Positions 1-11,001 of a stretch of 64,000 nt of DNA are shown in pieces. The stretch is from Alphaproteobacteria bacterium (GTDB taxonomy: Bacteria > Pseudomonadota > Alphaproteobacteria > JAQWUY01). The notes below the pieces were generated by a model. The model made no database searches. It saw nothing but the letters and a program-made list of their open reading frames with translations, and was not told where the DNA came from. The stretch's first letter is position 1. Every line of letters begins with the position of its first letter. The position numbers and the translations under genes are program-made. Location: assembly GCA_029250225.1 (NCBI GenBank), contig JAQWUY010000027.1, positions 9,917 to 73,916 on the forward strand. The letters run 5' to 3'.

Positions 1-69
1 AACAATTATTGGTAAATTATCTAAAAAAGATTTAAGGGAAGAACTTTAATTCATTCTACAAATATTAAT

Positions 70-1347
70 TTAATATCTTTCGACGATAGCAGAAACGCCC
101 ATACCGCCGGCTGTACATATAGCAATTAAACCGCGATTAAGATCTTTGTTTTCACGGATTAATTTTTCACACACGCCCAGTATTCGCCCGCCTGTTGCAG
201 CGAATGGGTGTCCATATGCAAGAGATGAACCAACTAAGTTTAATTTTTTCATATCAACTTCGCCGTGTACTTTGTTACTAGAGAAAAACTTTTTATTATA
301 TTGTTTATCGTTCATTGCTTTTAAGAAACATAAAGTTTGAGCCGCGAACGCTTCGTGAAATTCATAAAAATCAAAATCTTGAAATTTTAAACCTGATTGT
401 TTTAAAACTTTATCAACAGCGATTGTTGGTGCCATTAATAAACCATCACCCGCAGTAAAATCATTTGCACTATGCGCAATAAAAGATATCGTTGCGTGGA
501 TATCGAACCCATTTTTTTTTGCCCAATCTTCGCTTGCTAATAACACGGCTGACGCTCCATCTGTTAATGCAGTTGCATTACCTGCTGTAATTGTACCGTT
601 CTTTTTATCAAAAGCAGGATTTAATTTTTCTAGGTCTGACATAGAAATATCTTGCCTTAAAATATTATCATCATAAACTCCAATATGTGGTGATATTAAA
701 TCACTATTAAATCCAAGTTGTACCGCCTGTGATGCTTTTTTATGCGAGTTAAAGGTAAATTCATCTTGTTGTTCGCGAGTTATACCCCATTCTTTTACCA
801 TTAATTCACAATGTCCACCCATTGATAAACCTGTTTGTGGTTCGTTAACACCAATAGGAGTTGGTATTAATTCTTTTAATGAAAAACCTTTAAAGCATTT
901 TAACTTTTTCATAGTTGTTTTTGCTTTAAATACATTTAATAATCTATCAGCAAATTTTGGATGAGCCGAGAATGGAACCTTTGATACACTATCTGTACCA
1001 CAAGCGATTCCGCTTTCAATTTGTCCACTAGCAATTTTTGCCATAATAATCCCAGCTGTTTGCAATGATGTACCGCAAGCCTGTTGCACATTATATGCAG
1101 ATGTATAATTACTAAGTGTTGTTTGTAAAACTGCTTCTCTTGCTAAATTAAAATCAGAACTTGCATTTAAAACCGCACCGCCAACAACCTCATCTATTTG
1201 TTTTTCCGATAAGTCCGCTTTATCAATTAAACCTTGTAATGCTCCGACTAATAAATCTTTTGGAGTTTGGTCTTTATACAAAGTAAAGCTCTTGTTAAAG
1301 GCTGTTCTACTGGCTGATACTATTGCAACTTTTCTTACTGTTTTCAT
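70..1347 (-). CDS. fadA: 3-ketoacyl-CoA thiolase / acetyl-CoA C-acyltransferase (thiolase I, FadA/FadI-like)
   Basis: 425-aa ORF. Thiolase signatures are present: an N-terminal active-Cys region (NVQQACGTSLQ) and a C-terminal catalytic block (GHPFAATGGRILG ... CTAGGMGVSAIVE). It is the last gene of the co-directional fadE-fadB-fadA cluster, with a 13-nt gap to fadB. Confidence 0.85.
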   Translation of the reverse strand: MKTVRKVAIVSASRTAFNKSFTLYKDQTPKDLLVGALQGLIDKADLSEKQIDEVVGGAVLNASSDFNLAREAVLQTTLSNYTSAYNVQQACGTSLQTAGIIMAKIASGQIESGIACGTDSVSKVPFSAHPKFADRLLNVFKAKTTMKKLKCFKGFSLKELIPTPIGVNEPQTGLSMGGHCELMVKEWGITREQQDEFTFNSHKKASQAVQLGFNSDLISPHIGVYDDNILRQDISMSDLEKLNPAFDKKNGTITAGNATALTDGASAVLLASEDWAKKNGFDIHATISFIAHSANDFTAGDGLLMAPTIAVDKVLKQSGLKFQDFDFYEFHEAFAAQTLCFLKAMNDKQYNKKFFSSNKVHGEVDMKKLNLVGSSLAYGHPFAATGGRILGVCEKLIRENKDLNRGLIAICTAGGMGVSAIVERY

Positions 1348-1359
1348 AGTTTTTATTCC

Positions 1360-3369
1360 CTACTTATTCAAGCTTTTCATATAATTTAATGCGCCACCTA
1401 AGTGCGGTGCAAATCCAGTACCAAATATAATACCGCCATCAATTAAATCACTACTTTTTTGTCTATCCTTATCCCATACTATTTTTTCATCAAGACATGA
1501 TTTTGCCTCAACCCATAAAGGTGATAATACTGTATGAGCAATTTCAGATAAATCAATATTTTTATCAACAGATTCAGTTTCTACCGGTCTGCCTTTTTTC
1601 CAATCATAATAACCTGAATTTGTTTTTCTTCCTAATTTGCCATCTTGTATCAATTTTTCAACTTTTGAACCTTTGGGAATTTTTAATTTTAATTCTTTTG
1701 CTACATTTAACATAATATCAAGTCCTACTGTATCGGCCAATTCAATAGGCCCCATCGGCATACCAAATTCACGACAAGCTTTATCGATAGTTTCCTTATT
1801 ATAAGTACCTTTGTCTTCAAGTTTTAAAGCACTCATAATATAAGGAGCAAGAACTCGGTTTACTAAAAACCCAGGAGATGATTTTACAATTAGCGGAAAT
1901 TTACCCATATCTTTAACAAACTTTGCCCCAATTTCTAAAAATTCTTGGTTTACAAAATCTGATTTTATAATTTCAACTAGTGGTAATGTATGAGCAGGAT
2001 TAAAGAAATGTAGCCCGATAAGGCGAGTTTTATCTGCCATACTTTGTGCTATTTTTTCTAGTGGAATTGCCGATGTATTAGTTGCTAATATAGTATCTTT
2101 TGCAACTTTTGCTTCCACCTCTTTAAATAATTTTTGTTTTACTTCTAGATTTTCAACTATTGCTTCAATAACTACATCTGCCGATGATAATCCGCTTCCT
2201 TCTTTGTCTATAATAAACCTTGTCATCGCCTGTTTAATTAATTCAGGTTTTTTTAAGCGTTTTTTAAAGAATTTATTCGCATTAGTTTTTGCTTTTTTTA
2301 ACATATCGTCGCTAAGGTCTTGAATAGTTACACGATAACCTTTACCCGCACAATGTATTGCAATATCACATCCCATTGTACCGGCACCTATTATATGTAC
2401 ATTTCTTATTGATTTATCACTAGCACTTTTTGCTAAACCTTTCATTGCGTTTGAAATATAAAATATTCTCTGTAAATTTCTAGCGGTTTTTGAAGTCATC
2501 ATTTCTGCAAAATTTGCTTTTTCAAGTTTTTGCATTTTTGCATAATCAGAAAGGCTTTCTTTCCAGATATCTAGCAATTTATAAGGAGCTGGATAATGTT
2601 TAGGATTTGCTTTCTTTTTTAATTCACTTTTAAATTTATTATATACAAATAAACTAATTAACGGATTATTTGGTAATGATTTAAAAAAGCCCGCTTTTGT
2701 TTTTTCTATTTTCCCATCTAATTTTAATAACTTTCTACGAATTGTCCAACGGAGCTTATCTTTTGTATCAACTAGTTTATGAGCAATTCCTGATGCTTTT
2801 GCCCCTGATGGTTTTAAATTTTTTCCTGTAAGCATCATAGTTAATGCATTAATAGGCCCTAGTTGTGAAATAGAACGAAATGTCCCACCAAAACCAGGGT
2901 ATATCCCTAACTTAACTTCGGGGAATCCTATACTTGATTTATATTTAGTTTCTTGATTATTTAATACAACTCGATATTTAAATGCTAATACTGTTTCTAG
3001 TCCGCCGCCTAAACAAAATCCATTGATACCGCAAGCCGTAGGAATTTTTAAGTTATCTAATTTATCAAAAATTAAGTGAGCTTTATTTATAAGTTCATTA
3101 ATTTTATTATGTTCATTTAAATCAGCAAATGAATTAACATCAGCCCCCATAATAAAATTTTTCTTTGCTGATAATAACCCTAAACCTTTTAATTCCTTTG
3201 CATTATCATTGGCAAAATCAAGAATCTTATCGAACTCGGCTAATACTTCAATATCAAGAGTATTTTCACTTTTATCTTTACAATCAATAATGACCCATAG
3301 AATATTTTCACAATCCCATTTGACATTAAAATTTTCCAATTTTAATTTGTCTAACTTATTTGCTGACAT
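1360..3369 (-). CDS. fadB: fatty-acid oxidation complex alpha subunit (enoyl-CoA hydratase + 3-hydroxyacyl-CoA dehydrogenase, FadB/FadJ-like)
   Basis: 669 aa. The N-terminal crotonase-fold region (CGINGFCLGGGLETVLA) is followed by a Rossmann NAD-binding 3-hydroxyacyl-CoA dehydrogenase motif (IGAGTMGCDIA). It is flanked by fadE and fadA. Confidence 0.85.
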   Translation of the reverse strand: MSANKLDKLKLENFNVKWDCENILWVIIDCKDKSENTLDIEVLAEFDKILDFANDNAKELKGLGLLSAKKNFIMGADVNSFADLNEHNKINELINKAHLIFDKLDNLKIPTACGINGFCLGGGLETVLAFKYRVVLNNQETKYKSSIGFPEVKLGIYPGFGGTFRSISQLGPINALTMMLTGKNLKPSGAKASGIAHKLVDTKDKLRWTIRRKLLKLDGKIEKTKAGFFKSLPNNPLISLFVYNKFKSELKKKANPKHYPAPYKLLDIWKESLSDYAKMQKLEKANFAEMMTSKTARNLQRIFYISNAMKGLAKSASDKSIRNVHIIGAGTMGCDIAIHCAGKGYRVTIQDLSDDMLKKAKTNANKFFKKRLKKPELIKQAMTRFIIDKEGSGLSSADVVIEAIVENLEVKQKLFKEVEAKVAKDTILATNTSAIPLEKIAQSMADKTRLIGLHFFNPAHTLPLVEIIKSDFVNQEFLEIGAKFVKDMGKFPLIVKSSPGFLVNRVLAPYIMSALKLEDKGTYNKETIDKACREFGMPMGPIELADTVGLDIMLNVAKELKLKIPKGSKVEKLIQDGKLGRKTNSGYYDWKKGRPVETESVDKNIDLSEIAHTVLSPLWVEAKSCLDEKIVWDKDRQKSSDLIDGGIIFGTGFAPHLGGALNYMKSLNK

Positions 3370-3387
3370 TTAAACTTTCCTTTTAAA

Positions 3388-5721
3388 CTATGCTGTTAAA
3401 TTTGTTTCGACATCATTTATATGTCTTTTACCATTGATAGAAAACTCGTCTACATTAATATAATTATAATATATTTTTTCACATTTTGTTAAAATTTTAG
3501 CCTCATCTTTATTAATCAATCGTTTTCTTAAAGCTTCTTTAATCCAATTTTTTTCATAATTAACTAATAATTCTTGTGATTTAATAAAAGGTTTTAATTT
3601 TTTATAAATACCTTGCGCCTTTTGCAAGAATTTATAATCTTCAATCATTTCATCTAAAATACCACTACGAACCGGCACATTGAAAACATTTTTTGATAGT
3701 TTTAATTTACCATCAAAATCCTCATAAAACATTTTAACAATTTCAACCGCTTTTTTGTCCGATGGTTTCTTATTAAGACCAAATCCAAGTATTGATAATG
3801 GGAAAAATATAGGTTTCAATATATAACCAATCAATGGTATTGGTAAATTATCAATTGTTGATTTTATTAATTGTGTGTTTTCATAACAAATCTTAGTAAT
3901 AGAATAATCAAGCAATGGTAATAATTCTTCGTTATTAGTATCTTCGTAATTTTTCAATGTTGCCATAGCAAACGAAATATTTTTCAATACATCAGCACAT
4001 CTACCTGATGCCATTTGCCTTGCTTTTACTCCACCCCCAAAAGTTAACAACACAATATCAGCAATTAATGCAAATTGTTTCGCTTGCATATTTACCATTC
4101 TGTAATATTTTGCAGGTGCTTTTATGTTATCAGGAGTATCAAACAAGAAACCATTAGTAAGATTATGAATTATATTACTAAATACATTTGATATAGTAAA
4201 ACCAATATGTCTTAAAATTATATCACTAAATTGTTTGCGCCCAAATAATTTTTCTTTACTGTATAAAGCTTCAATCTCTTTTAATAAATAAGGATGAGCA
4301 CGAATCGCACCTTGTGAAAATGTAATTAAAGTACGGGTTAAAATATTTGCTCCTTCAACAGTAATAGCAACAGGAATGCCTTGATAAGAACCTTGAATAA
4401 AGTTATTAGGCCCGTCACAAATTGATTTACCCGCCAACACATCCATATTATTATTAACAACACAGCGCATATCTTCGGTAGAAGCATATTTTATCATCGC
4501 TGATGCTACAGCTGGATTTTCACCATCATCAACCATTGTTGCAGATAGTGAAAGAGCCGAGTTATTTATAAATGTCAAACATATATTACTAGCAAGTTTT
4601 TCTATGATGCCTTCCATTTTTACAATAGGTAAATTGAACTGTTTACGCATCCCCGCATATAACATTGTATACATAGTTGAAAAGCTCATACCTGCCGAAG
4701 AAACCGAGGGCATTGAAACAGCTCGCCCTACACCCAAACAAGCCATTAACATCATCCAACCCTTACCTAAGTAATCTTGGCCACCGATTATCTGATCAAT
4801 ATCAATTATTACATTACGCCCACGAATTGAACCATTCATAAAACCAGTTGACAAAGGTAAGTGGCGATTGCCAATTTCAATACCTTTTTGATTACGCTTC
4901 AACATTGCAACAGTAATACCAACATTTTTAGTTTCATCATTTACATATTCATATTCATCACCCAATAATCCATCTGGGTCATAAACATCAATAGCAAGAC
5001 CAATCAAAGTTGCAATTGGGGCTAAGGTTATATATCTTTTTGAAAAATTAGCTTCAATAACTAACTTCCCATTTTTCTTTTTTATAATACCAACATCGTG
5101 CATTGATGCTGCATCACTTCCAGATGTGACACCTGTTAATGCAAAGCAAGGAACATATTCACCACTTGCTAGTTTTGGTAAATATTCATTTTTTTGTTTT
5201 TTCGTACCAAATTTTAATAATAATTTTGCAGGCCCTAGCGAATTAGGAACCATTACAGATACACCTAGGGTAACAGCTTTTGCACCCAAGATAGAAACAA
5301 TAACACTTATCGCTTTTGCAGAAAACTCTAACCCGCCGTATTTTTTCGGAACTATAAATGAAAAGAAGCGTTTGTCTTTTAAAAATTTCCAAGCATAATC
5401 AGGTAGATCTGCATTTTTACGAACATCAAAATCATTTATTTCAGCAATTATTTTTTTTACAGGCCCTTCGATAAAGGCTTTTTCTTCTTCGCTTAAAACA
5501 GAAATCTTACGACTCAATAAATGATCCCAATCTGGATTACCTGCGAAGATACCTTCTTCGTATGACAAAGTTCCTGCCTCAATTGCTTCGCGTTCTGTAT
5601 CAGAAATAGGAGGCAATGATTTTTTTAACATATTAAATACTATAGTAGATAAAATTAATCTAATTAAGATTATTGATAGTATTATAATTCCAATAATTAG
5701 AAAAATTGTATTCGTTGACAT
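3388..5721 (-). CDS. fadE: large acyl-CoA dehydrogenase with N-terminal membrane anchor (FadE-like)
   Basis: 777 aa. The N-terminus has a hydrophobic anchor (IFLIIGIIILSIILIRLIL) and the body is acyl-CoA dehydrogenase-like; the length class matches E. coli FadE. It is the first gene of the fadEBA cluster. Confidence 0.75.
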   Translation of the reverse strand: MSTNTIFLIIGIIILSIILIRLILSTIVFNMLKKSLPPISDTEREAIEAGTLSYEEGIFAGNPDWDHLLSRKISVLSEEEKAFIEGPVKKIIAEINDFDVRKNADLPDYAWKFLKDKRFFSFIVPKKYGGLEFSAKAISVIVSILGAKAVTLGVSVMVPNSLGPAKLLLKFGTKKQKNEYLPKLASGEYVPCFALTGVTSGSDAASMHDVGIIKKKNGKLVIEANFSKRYITLAPIATLIGLAIDVYDPDGLLGDEYEYVNDETKNVGITVAMLKRNQKGIEIGNRHLPLSTGFMNGSIRGRNVIIDIDQIIGGQDYLGKGWMMLMACLGVGRAVSMPSVSSAGMSFSTMYTMLYAGMRKQFNLPIVKMEGIIEKLASNICLTFINNSALSLSATMVDDGENPAVASAMIKYASTEDMRCVVNNNMDVLAGKSICDGPNNFIQGSYQGIPVAITVEGANILTRTLITFSQGAIRAHPYLLKEIEALYSKEKLFGRKQFSDIILRHIGFTISNVFSNIIHNLTNGFLFDTPDNIKAPAKYYRMVNMQAKQFALIADIVLLTFGGGVKARQMASGRCADVLKNISFAMATLKNYEDTNNEELLPLLDYSITKICYENTQLIKSTIDNLPIPLIGYILKPIFFPLSILGFGLNKKPSDKKAVEIVKMFYEDFDGKLKLSKNVFNVPVRSGILDEMIEDYKFLQKAQGIYKKLKPFIKSQELLVNYEKNWIKEALRKRLINKDEAKILTKCEKIYYNYINVDEFSINGKRHINDVETNLTA

Positions 5722-5878
5722 AACATTTCTCCTTATTTTATTAATTTAATTAAAATGTCTTATCATAGTTGAATGTATATTATTTTTTTAATACTGTACA
5801 CTATTTTTTTTGATTTTAAATATAGTTTATGATATTTTTATTTACATATAAAATAATTAATTTTGCGGGGGAGTGATT

Positions 5879-6817
5879 ATGGCTTATTTAGATAAAAAAT
5901 TAAAATTAAAACACCCAATAATTATGGCTCCAATGTTTTTGGTTTCAAATGTTAATATGATTATTTCTGCACATAAAAGCGGTATCATAGGTTGCTTGCC
6001 TGCACATAATTTTCGCACACAAGAAGCACTAGAAAAAGCATTGCAAGAATTAACCGATAAAAAAATTAAATTTGGAATGAACCTTATAGTTAACAAATCT
6101 AACACCAATTATGAATGGCAAATAGAAAGCGTTTTAAAATTTGGTTGTGATTTTATTATAACATCATTAGGTAATCCAAAAAATACTATAGAACTTGCAC
6201 ATAAACAAAATATAATAGTTTTCTGTGATGTAACAAATATCGAATATGCAAAAAAATGTGAAGCCCTAGGTGCTGATGCGGTTGTCGGAGTCAGTTCAGA
6301 TGCAGGCGGTCATTTAGGACAAATTCCATCAGCTGAATTAACAAAAATATTAAAACAAAATATAGATATACCTGTTTTATCATCAGGTGGAGTTGGTGAT
6401 TATAAATCGTATCATTCACACTTAAAAAATAAATCAGATGGCGTATTAATTGGGTCTGTATTTATTGCTTGCACTGAATCAGAAGTAAATCACAAATACA
6501 AACAAGCAATGGTTGACTATACAGACAAAGATATTGTTATAACATCAAAATTATCAGGTACACCTTGCACCATTATTAACACTCCAGCGGTACAAAAAAT
6601 GGGAACAGAAGAAAATTGGATAGAAAAAATATTAAACAGAAATAAATCTTTAAAAAAATTATTAAAAAAAATTCGTTTTTTAAGAAGTTGGAAAACTCTA
6701 GAAAAAGCTGCTTTTTCGGCAAACTACGATTCAATATGGTGTGCAGGTAAAAGCATTAAATATGTTAAATCAATAGAACCTGTAAAAAAAATCGTCGAGC
6801 GAATAACTAAAAAATAA
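5879..6817 (+). CDS. FMN-dependent NPD-family oxidoreductase (nitronate monooxygenase / FabK-like enoyl-ACP reductase II family)
   Basis: The N-terminus (LKHPIIMAPMFLVSNVNMIISAHKSGIIGCLPA) matches the 2-nitropropane dioxygenase/FabK TIM-barrel signature. The ORF track starts at GTG 5873; the ATG at 5879 sits 7 nt after a GGGGGAG Shine-Dalgarno and is the more likely start. The gene is divergent from fadE. Confidence 0.55.
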   Translation: MAYLDKKLKLKHPIIMAPMFLVSNVNMIISAHKSGIIGCLPAHNFRTQEALEKALQELTDKKIKFGMNLIVNKSNTNYEWQIESVLKFGCDFIITSLGNPKNTIELAHKQNIIVFCDVTNIEYAKKCEALGADAVVGVSSDAGGHLGQIPSAELTKILKQNIDIPVLSSGGVGDYKSYHSHLKNKSDGVLIGSVFIACTESEVNHKYKQAMVDYTDKDIVITSKLSGTPCTIINTPAVQKMGTEENWIEKILNRNKSLKKLLKKIRFLRSWKTLEKAAFSANYDSIWCAGKSIKYVKSIEPVKKIVERITKK

Positions 6818-7020
6818 ATAATGATCTAGTATAATATTTTACTTAATACAAGTTTAACATATTTTGTATTTCTTTATTAATTGTCTAACCCTATTATAAT
6901 TAAATATTTGATATTGATTATTATATGATAAATATATTATACTATATGCAGTACATATAATTAATTGATATAACTTAGTAAATAAGTTTAAAGTCAAAAT
7001 ATAAAGGATAATTACAAATA

Positions 7021-7944
7021 ATGAAAAAGCCTCTTATCTATTTGGGACTAGCATCATTTATAGCTGTTGTTACTAGTGTTGTATATAAAATCGTCAAAGC
7101 ATTAAGCACAAATTGTGATATAGCAGAACAAAGTTCAAATTATGTTTGTAATTTTGTTTTATTCTATTCCGGTGGACAGTTAGGGGTCGAACAAGGTAAA
7201 TTAATAATACTTGCATTCTCTTTAATGTTAATAGTTGTTGTGCCTGTAATCACTATGGCAATTGTATTTCCACTTTGGTATAGTTCAAAAAATAAGAACG
7301 AATACAAGCCCGATTGGTCACATTCAACTATAATTGAAATATTTTCTTGGGGTATTCCAATATTAATTATTTTAGTATTAGGTTATACAACTTATATAAC
7401 ATCACATTCAATGGATCCTAGAAGATCACTAGTCGGAAAATATGAAAATACTAAAAAAGAAGAACTGGTAATTCAAGCTGTTGCTATGGATTGGAAGTGG
7501 GTTTTCTTCTATCCAAAACAAGATATAGCAACAGTAAATGAAATTGCTATACCAATTAACACACCCATAAAATTTCTTATCACATCAGACACGGTAATGA
7601 ATTCATTCTTTATTCCTGAACTAGGTGGGCAAATTTATGCAATGGGTGGAATGGAAAACCGATTACATTTAATTTCTAAGCGAGAAAAAATTATGCGAGG
7701 AATATCTTCACATTATAGTGGTTTTGGTTTCGCTGGAATGAGATTTAAAGTTATTTCAACTTCTGATTCTGGTTTTGAAAATTGGGTGAACAAAGTAAAA
7801 CAATCGCCTGTTAAATTTGACCAATCAGCGTATTCTAGATTGCGTGGTAAGCAAACAAAAGACCATAAAGTTGAATACTTTTCAGACATAATAGATAATG
7901 AACAATTTGAGAATATTATTCGCAAATATTTAAAAACACATTAA
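7021..7944 (+). CDS. cyoA: cytochrome bo3 ubiquinol oxidase subunit II
   Basis: 307 aa with a signal/TM N-terminus and a cupredoxin-like periplasmic domain lacking CuA ligands, typical of the quinol oxidase subunit II. It is the first of the cyoABCDE gene order. Confidence 0.8.
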   Translation: MKKPLIYLGLASFIAVVTSVVYKIVKALSTNCDIAEQSSNYVCNFVLFYSGGQLGVEQGKLIILAFSLMLIVVVPVITMAIVFPLWYSSKNKNEYKPDWSHSTIIEIFSWGIPILIILVLGYTTYITSHSMDPRRSLVGKYENTKKEELVIQAVAMDWKWVFFYPKQDIATVNEIAIPINTPIKFLITSDTVMNSFFIPELGGQIYAMGGMENRLHLISKREKIMRGISSHYSGFGFAGMRFKVISTSDSGFENWVNKVKQSPVKFDQSAYSRLRGKQTKDHKVEYFSDIIDNEQFENIIRKYLKTH

Positions 7945-7958
7945 AAGGAATTTGAATA

Positions 7959-10010
7959 ATGTCAAGACGACCTACTAATATAGTAACTGAACCACACTGG
8001 TTGTTTGGTAAATTAAACTTAGATATTTTTCCTATGGCAACAGACCCAATAGTGCTTGTAACATTTATTGTAGTAGCAATTGGGGCAATTTCATTACTTG
8101 GATTTATAACATATAAGCGTTGGTGGGGTTATTTGTGGAAAGAATGGCTTACAACTGTTGATCACAAAAAAATTGGTATAATGTATATTATTGTAGCTCT
8201 TGTTATGTTGCTTCGTGGTTTTGCTGATGCAATTTTGATGCGAACACACCAAGCACTAGCCACATCATCAACTTTTGGTTCCGGTTATTTACCGCCTGAA
8301 CATTATGATCAAGTGTTTACTGCACACGCCGTGATTATGATTTTCTTTGTTGCAACACCACTTGTAAGTGGATTATGGAATTTAATTGTACCATTACAAA
8401 TCGGGGCTCGTGATGTAGCATTTCCTTTCCTTAATAATATTGCCCTTTGGTTCTTTGTTGCCGGTGCAATGTTAATTAATGCATCTTTATTTATTGGTGA
8501 ATTTGGAAGTGTAGGTTGGCTAGCATATCCACCGTTAAGTGGTATTGAGTTTAGTCCTTGGGTAGGTGTTGATTATTGGATTTGGTCACTACAAATATCA
8601 GGTATAGGAACAACCTTAACATCTGTAAACTTTATTGCGACAATTCTAAGAATGCGCGCACCAGGTATGAATCTTATGAAAATGCCTATATTTTGTTGGA
8701 CGACATTATCAACCGCAAGTATTGGTGCTGTAATTTTCCCAATACTTACCGTTGCAATTGCATTATTAACACTTGATAGATATGTAGGAACTCATTTCTT
8801 TACAAACGAACTAGGTGGGAATCAAATGATGTGGGTAAACCTTATTTGGGCTTGGGGACATCCAGAAGTATATTTCTTGGTATTACCGGCTTTTGGTGTA
8901 TTCGCAGAAATTGTACCTGTGTTTTCTCGTAAAAAACTATTTGGTTATACTGGTTTTGTATTGGCAACAGCTTGTATTGCCCTGTTATCATTCCTTGTAT
9001 GGTTACACCATTTCTTTACAATGGGTTCTGGTTCTTCGGTAAATGCATTCTTTGGTATCGCAACAATGACAATCGCAATACCAACGGGTGTAAAAATATT
9101 CAACTGGTTATTTACAATGTATAAAGGAAGAGTTGAATTAACAGCATCTATGTATTGGACTATTGTATTCCTTATCACATTCACAGTAGGTGGTATGACT
9201 GGTGTTATGTTATCAATTCCAGCAGCGGACTTTGTATTGCACAATTCATTATTCTTAATTGCCCATTTCCATAATACTATTATTGGTGGGGCTATATTTG
9301 GATACTTAGCTGGTATTACATATTGGTTCCCAAAGGCAACTGGTATTAAATTAAATGAAACAATGGGTAAAGCATCAGCTGTATTATGGTGTTCTGGTTT
9401 CTTCGTTGCATTTATTCCTATTTATGCACTAGGATTTATGGGGGTAACAAGACGATTAAATTATTACGATAATCCGGAATGGGCTCCGTACTTTATTACT
9501 GCCACATTTGGCGTTCTTCTAATCGCTGGTGGTATTGGGCTAAATTTCTTAAACTTTGCTTACAGTCTCTGGAAAAAAGATGAACCTGAAAATATTGATG
9601 AAATAGGTGACCCTTGGGATGGAAGAACTCTTGAATGGGCAACTTCTTCACCACCGGCATTTTATAACTTTGCAAAAATTCCTCATGTAAATGAATTAGA
9701 TGATTGGCACCATAAAAAACAAAATGGTGTTGCATATCAACCAATCAAAAACTATGAAAGAATTCATATGCCAGCAAATACTGTTGCAGGCCCTATAATA
9801 GGTGTTCTATCACTCGTTTTTGGATTTGCATTTGTTTGGCATGTCTGGTGGTTAGTTATTTTAACTTTCGTCTCAATGATTTCTGCATTTATATGGCATA
9901 ATGTGTTTGCAGTAAAAGATTACTATGTAGAAATAGATGAAATTAAAGCAATCGAAGAAAAATGGCAGAAAAAAATTAAAAAAGCACTAAGTAAAAAGGC
10001 AGAGGTATAA
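7959..10010 (+). CDS. cyoB: cytochrome bo3 ubiquinol oxidase subunit I (heme-copper oxidase catalytic subunit)
   Basis: 683 aa polytopic protein with conserved heme-copper oxidase subunit I blocks (WFFGHPEVY-like [14 protein letters not shown] and HHFFTMG). Confidence 0.9.
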   Translation: MSRRPTNIVTEPHWLFGKLNLDIFPMATDPIVLVTFIVVAIGAISLLGFITYKRWWGYLWKEWLTTVDHKKIGIMYIIVALVMLLRGFADAILMRTHQALATSSTFGSGYLPPEHYDQVFTAHAVIMIFFVATPLVSGLWNLIVPLQIGARDVAFPFLNNIALWFFVAGAMLINASLFIGEFGSVGWLAYPPLSGIEFSPWVGVDYWIWSLQISGIGTTLTSVNFIATILRMRAPGMNLMKMPIFCWTTLSTASIGAVIFPILTVAIALLTLDRYVGTHFFTNELGGNQMMWVNLIWAWGHPEVYFLVLPAFGVFAEIVPVFSRKKLFGYTGFVLATACIALLSFLVWLHHFFTMGSGSSVNAFFGIATMTIAIPTGVKIFNWLFTMYKGRVELTASMYWTIVFLITFTVGGMTGVMLSIPAADFVLHNSLFLIAHFHNTIIGGAIFGYLAGITYWFPKATGIKLNETMGKASAVLWCSGFFVAFIPIYALGFMGVTRRLNYYDNPEWAPYFITATFGVLLIAGGIGLNFLNFAYSLWKKDEPENIDEIGDPWDGRTLEWATSSPPAFYNFAKIPHVNELDDWHHKKQNGVAYQPIKNYERIHMPANTVAGPIIGVLSLVFGFAFVWHVWWLVILTFVSMISAFIWHNVFAVKDYYVEIDEIKAIEEKWQKKIKKALSKKAEV

Positions 10011-10011
10011 A

Positions 10012-10620
10012 ATGGTAAAAGCATCAAATATAAAGGTATACGCGGAAGAATATCATCAAGATATGGAAACCGATACTGTATTTGGTTTTTGGGTTTATTT
10101 AATGACAGATTGCTTATTATTTGCAACATTATTTGCTGTATTCGCAGCTACTCCACAAATGCCAAATGAATATGGTGTTATGCCAAGTGAAATTTTCGAA
10201 CTAGAACTTGTAATGGTTGAAACTGGTTTATTACTTGCATCATCATTCACATTTGGTCTAGCAATGATTTCAATGTATAACGATAAATTAAAGAGTGTTT
10301 TCGCGTGGTTAATAATTACATTATTATTTGGTTTTGGATTTCTTGGTATTGAAATATACGAATTTATTCACTTATCGCACCACGGTTCACCAATTACATT
10401 AAATGCATATTGGGGTGCTTTTTATGCGCTGGTTGGAACACACGGGTTACACGTAACGACTGGTTCGGTGTGGATGTGTGTAATGTTCTGGCATTTAAAA
10501 AGAACGGGTTTATCAATACCAAATCAAACTCGTCTATCTTGTTTAAGTTTATTCTGGCATTTCCTTGATTTAATTTGGATTGTCGTATTTACAATGGTTT
10601 ACTTATTAGGAGTATTATAA
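10012..10620 (+). CDS. cyoC: cytochrome bo3 ubiquinol oxidase subunit III
   Basis: 202 aa, five TM helices, heme-copper oxidase subunit III-like. The start overlaps the cyoB stop. Confidence 0.8.
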   Translation: MVKASNIKVYAEEYHQDMETDTVFGFWVYLMTDCLLFATLFAVFAATPQMPNEYGVMPSEIFELELVMVETGLLLASSFTFGLAMISMYNDKLKSVFAWLIITLLFGFGFLGIEIYEFIHLSHHGSPITLNAYWGAFYALVGTHGLHVTTGSVWMCVMFWHLKRTGLSIPNQTRLSCLSLFWHFLDLIWIVVFTMVYLLGVL

Positions 10621-10621
10621 A

Positions 10622-10951
10622 ATGGGACACGCACAAGGACCAAACATACCACACGGAACTTTATCAGATTACATCTGGGGATTAATCTGGTCTGTCATCT
10701 TAACTGCAATTGCATTTGGGGTAGTTATGACTGGTAGTTTCGACAAAATAACGACTATTGTTATTTTATTAGTTTCGGCTGTCACTCAAATTTTTGTACA
10801 ATTGTTTTATTTCTTACATATGAAAAGAACACCTGACCAATCTTGGAATATTATTACCGGTTTGTTCACTATCGTACAAGTTTTAATATTGTTTGTTGGT
10901 ACATTATGGGTTATGTACCACCTTTATATTAATATGCAAATTGGATACTAA
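10622..10951 (+). CDS. cyoD: cytochrome bo3 ubiquinol oxidase subunit IV
   Basis: 109 aa with three TM helices, immediately after cyoC (2-nt gap). Confidence 0.75.
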   Translation: MGHAQGPNIPHGTLSDYIWGLIWSVILTAIAFGVVMTGSFDKITTIVILLVSAVTQIFVQLFYFLHMKRTPDQSWNIITGLFTIVQVLILFVGTLWVMYHLYINMQIGY

Positions 10952-11001
10952 CTGTTATATCCCCAAAGATTTTTGAGGATATTTTTATAGAAAAATATAT
11001 T

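Noticed and set aside
1-40. Start of window (AACAATTATTGGTAAATTATCTAAAAA) resembles the 36-nt repeat at 12375/12471 (ACAATTGGTAAATAAG...)
   Set aside because: Similarity is limited to about 13 interrupted bases in very AT-rich DNA, so it is most likely chance. I did not call a third repeat locus.
146-340. Numerous 60-130 aa ORFs in the track that are antisense to or nested in large conserved genes (e.g. 146-340, 1497-1715, 5126-5398, 8945-9244, 25052-25438, 31020-31490, 53897-54199, 54755-55060, 63632-63937)
   Set aside because: Each is fully contained within a gene with strong family signatures on the other strand or frame. They lack Shine-Dalgarno context and have skewed or low-complexity composition. 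I treat them as non-coding. The 53897 and 54755 pair was only used as a read-out of the DNA repeat.
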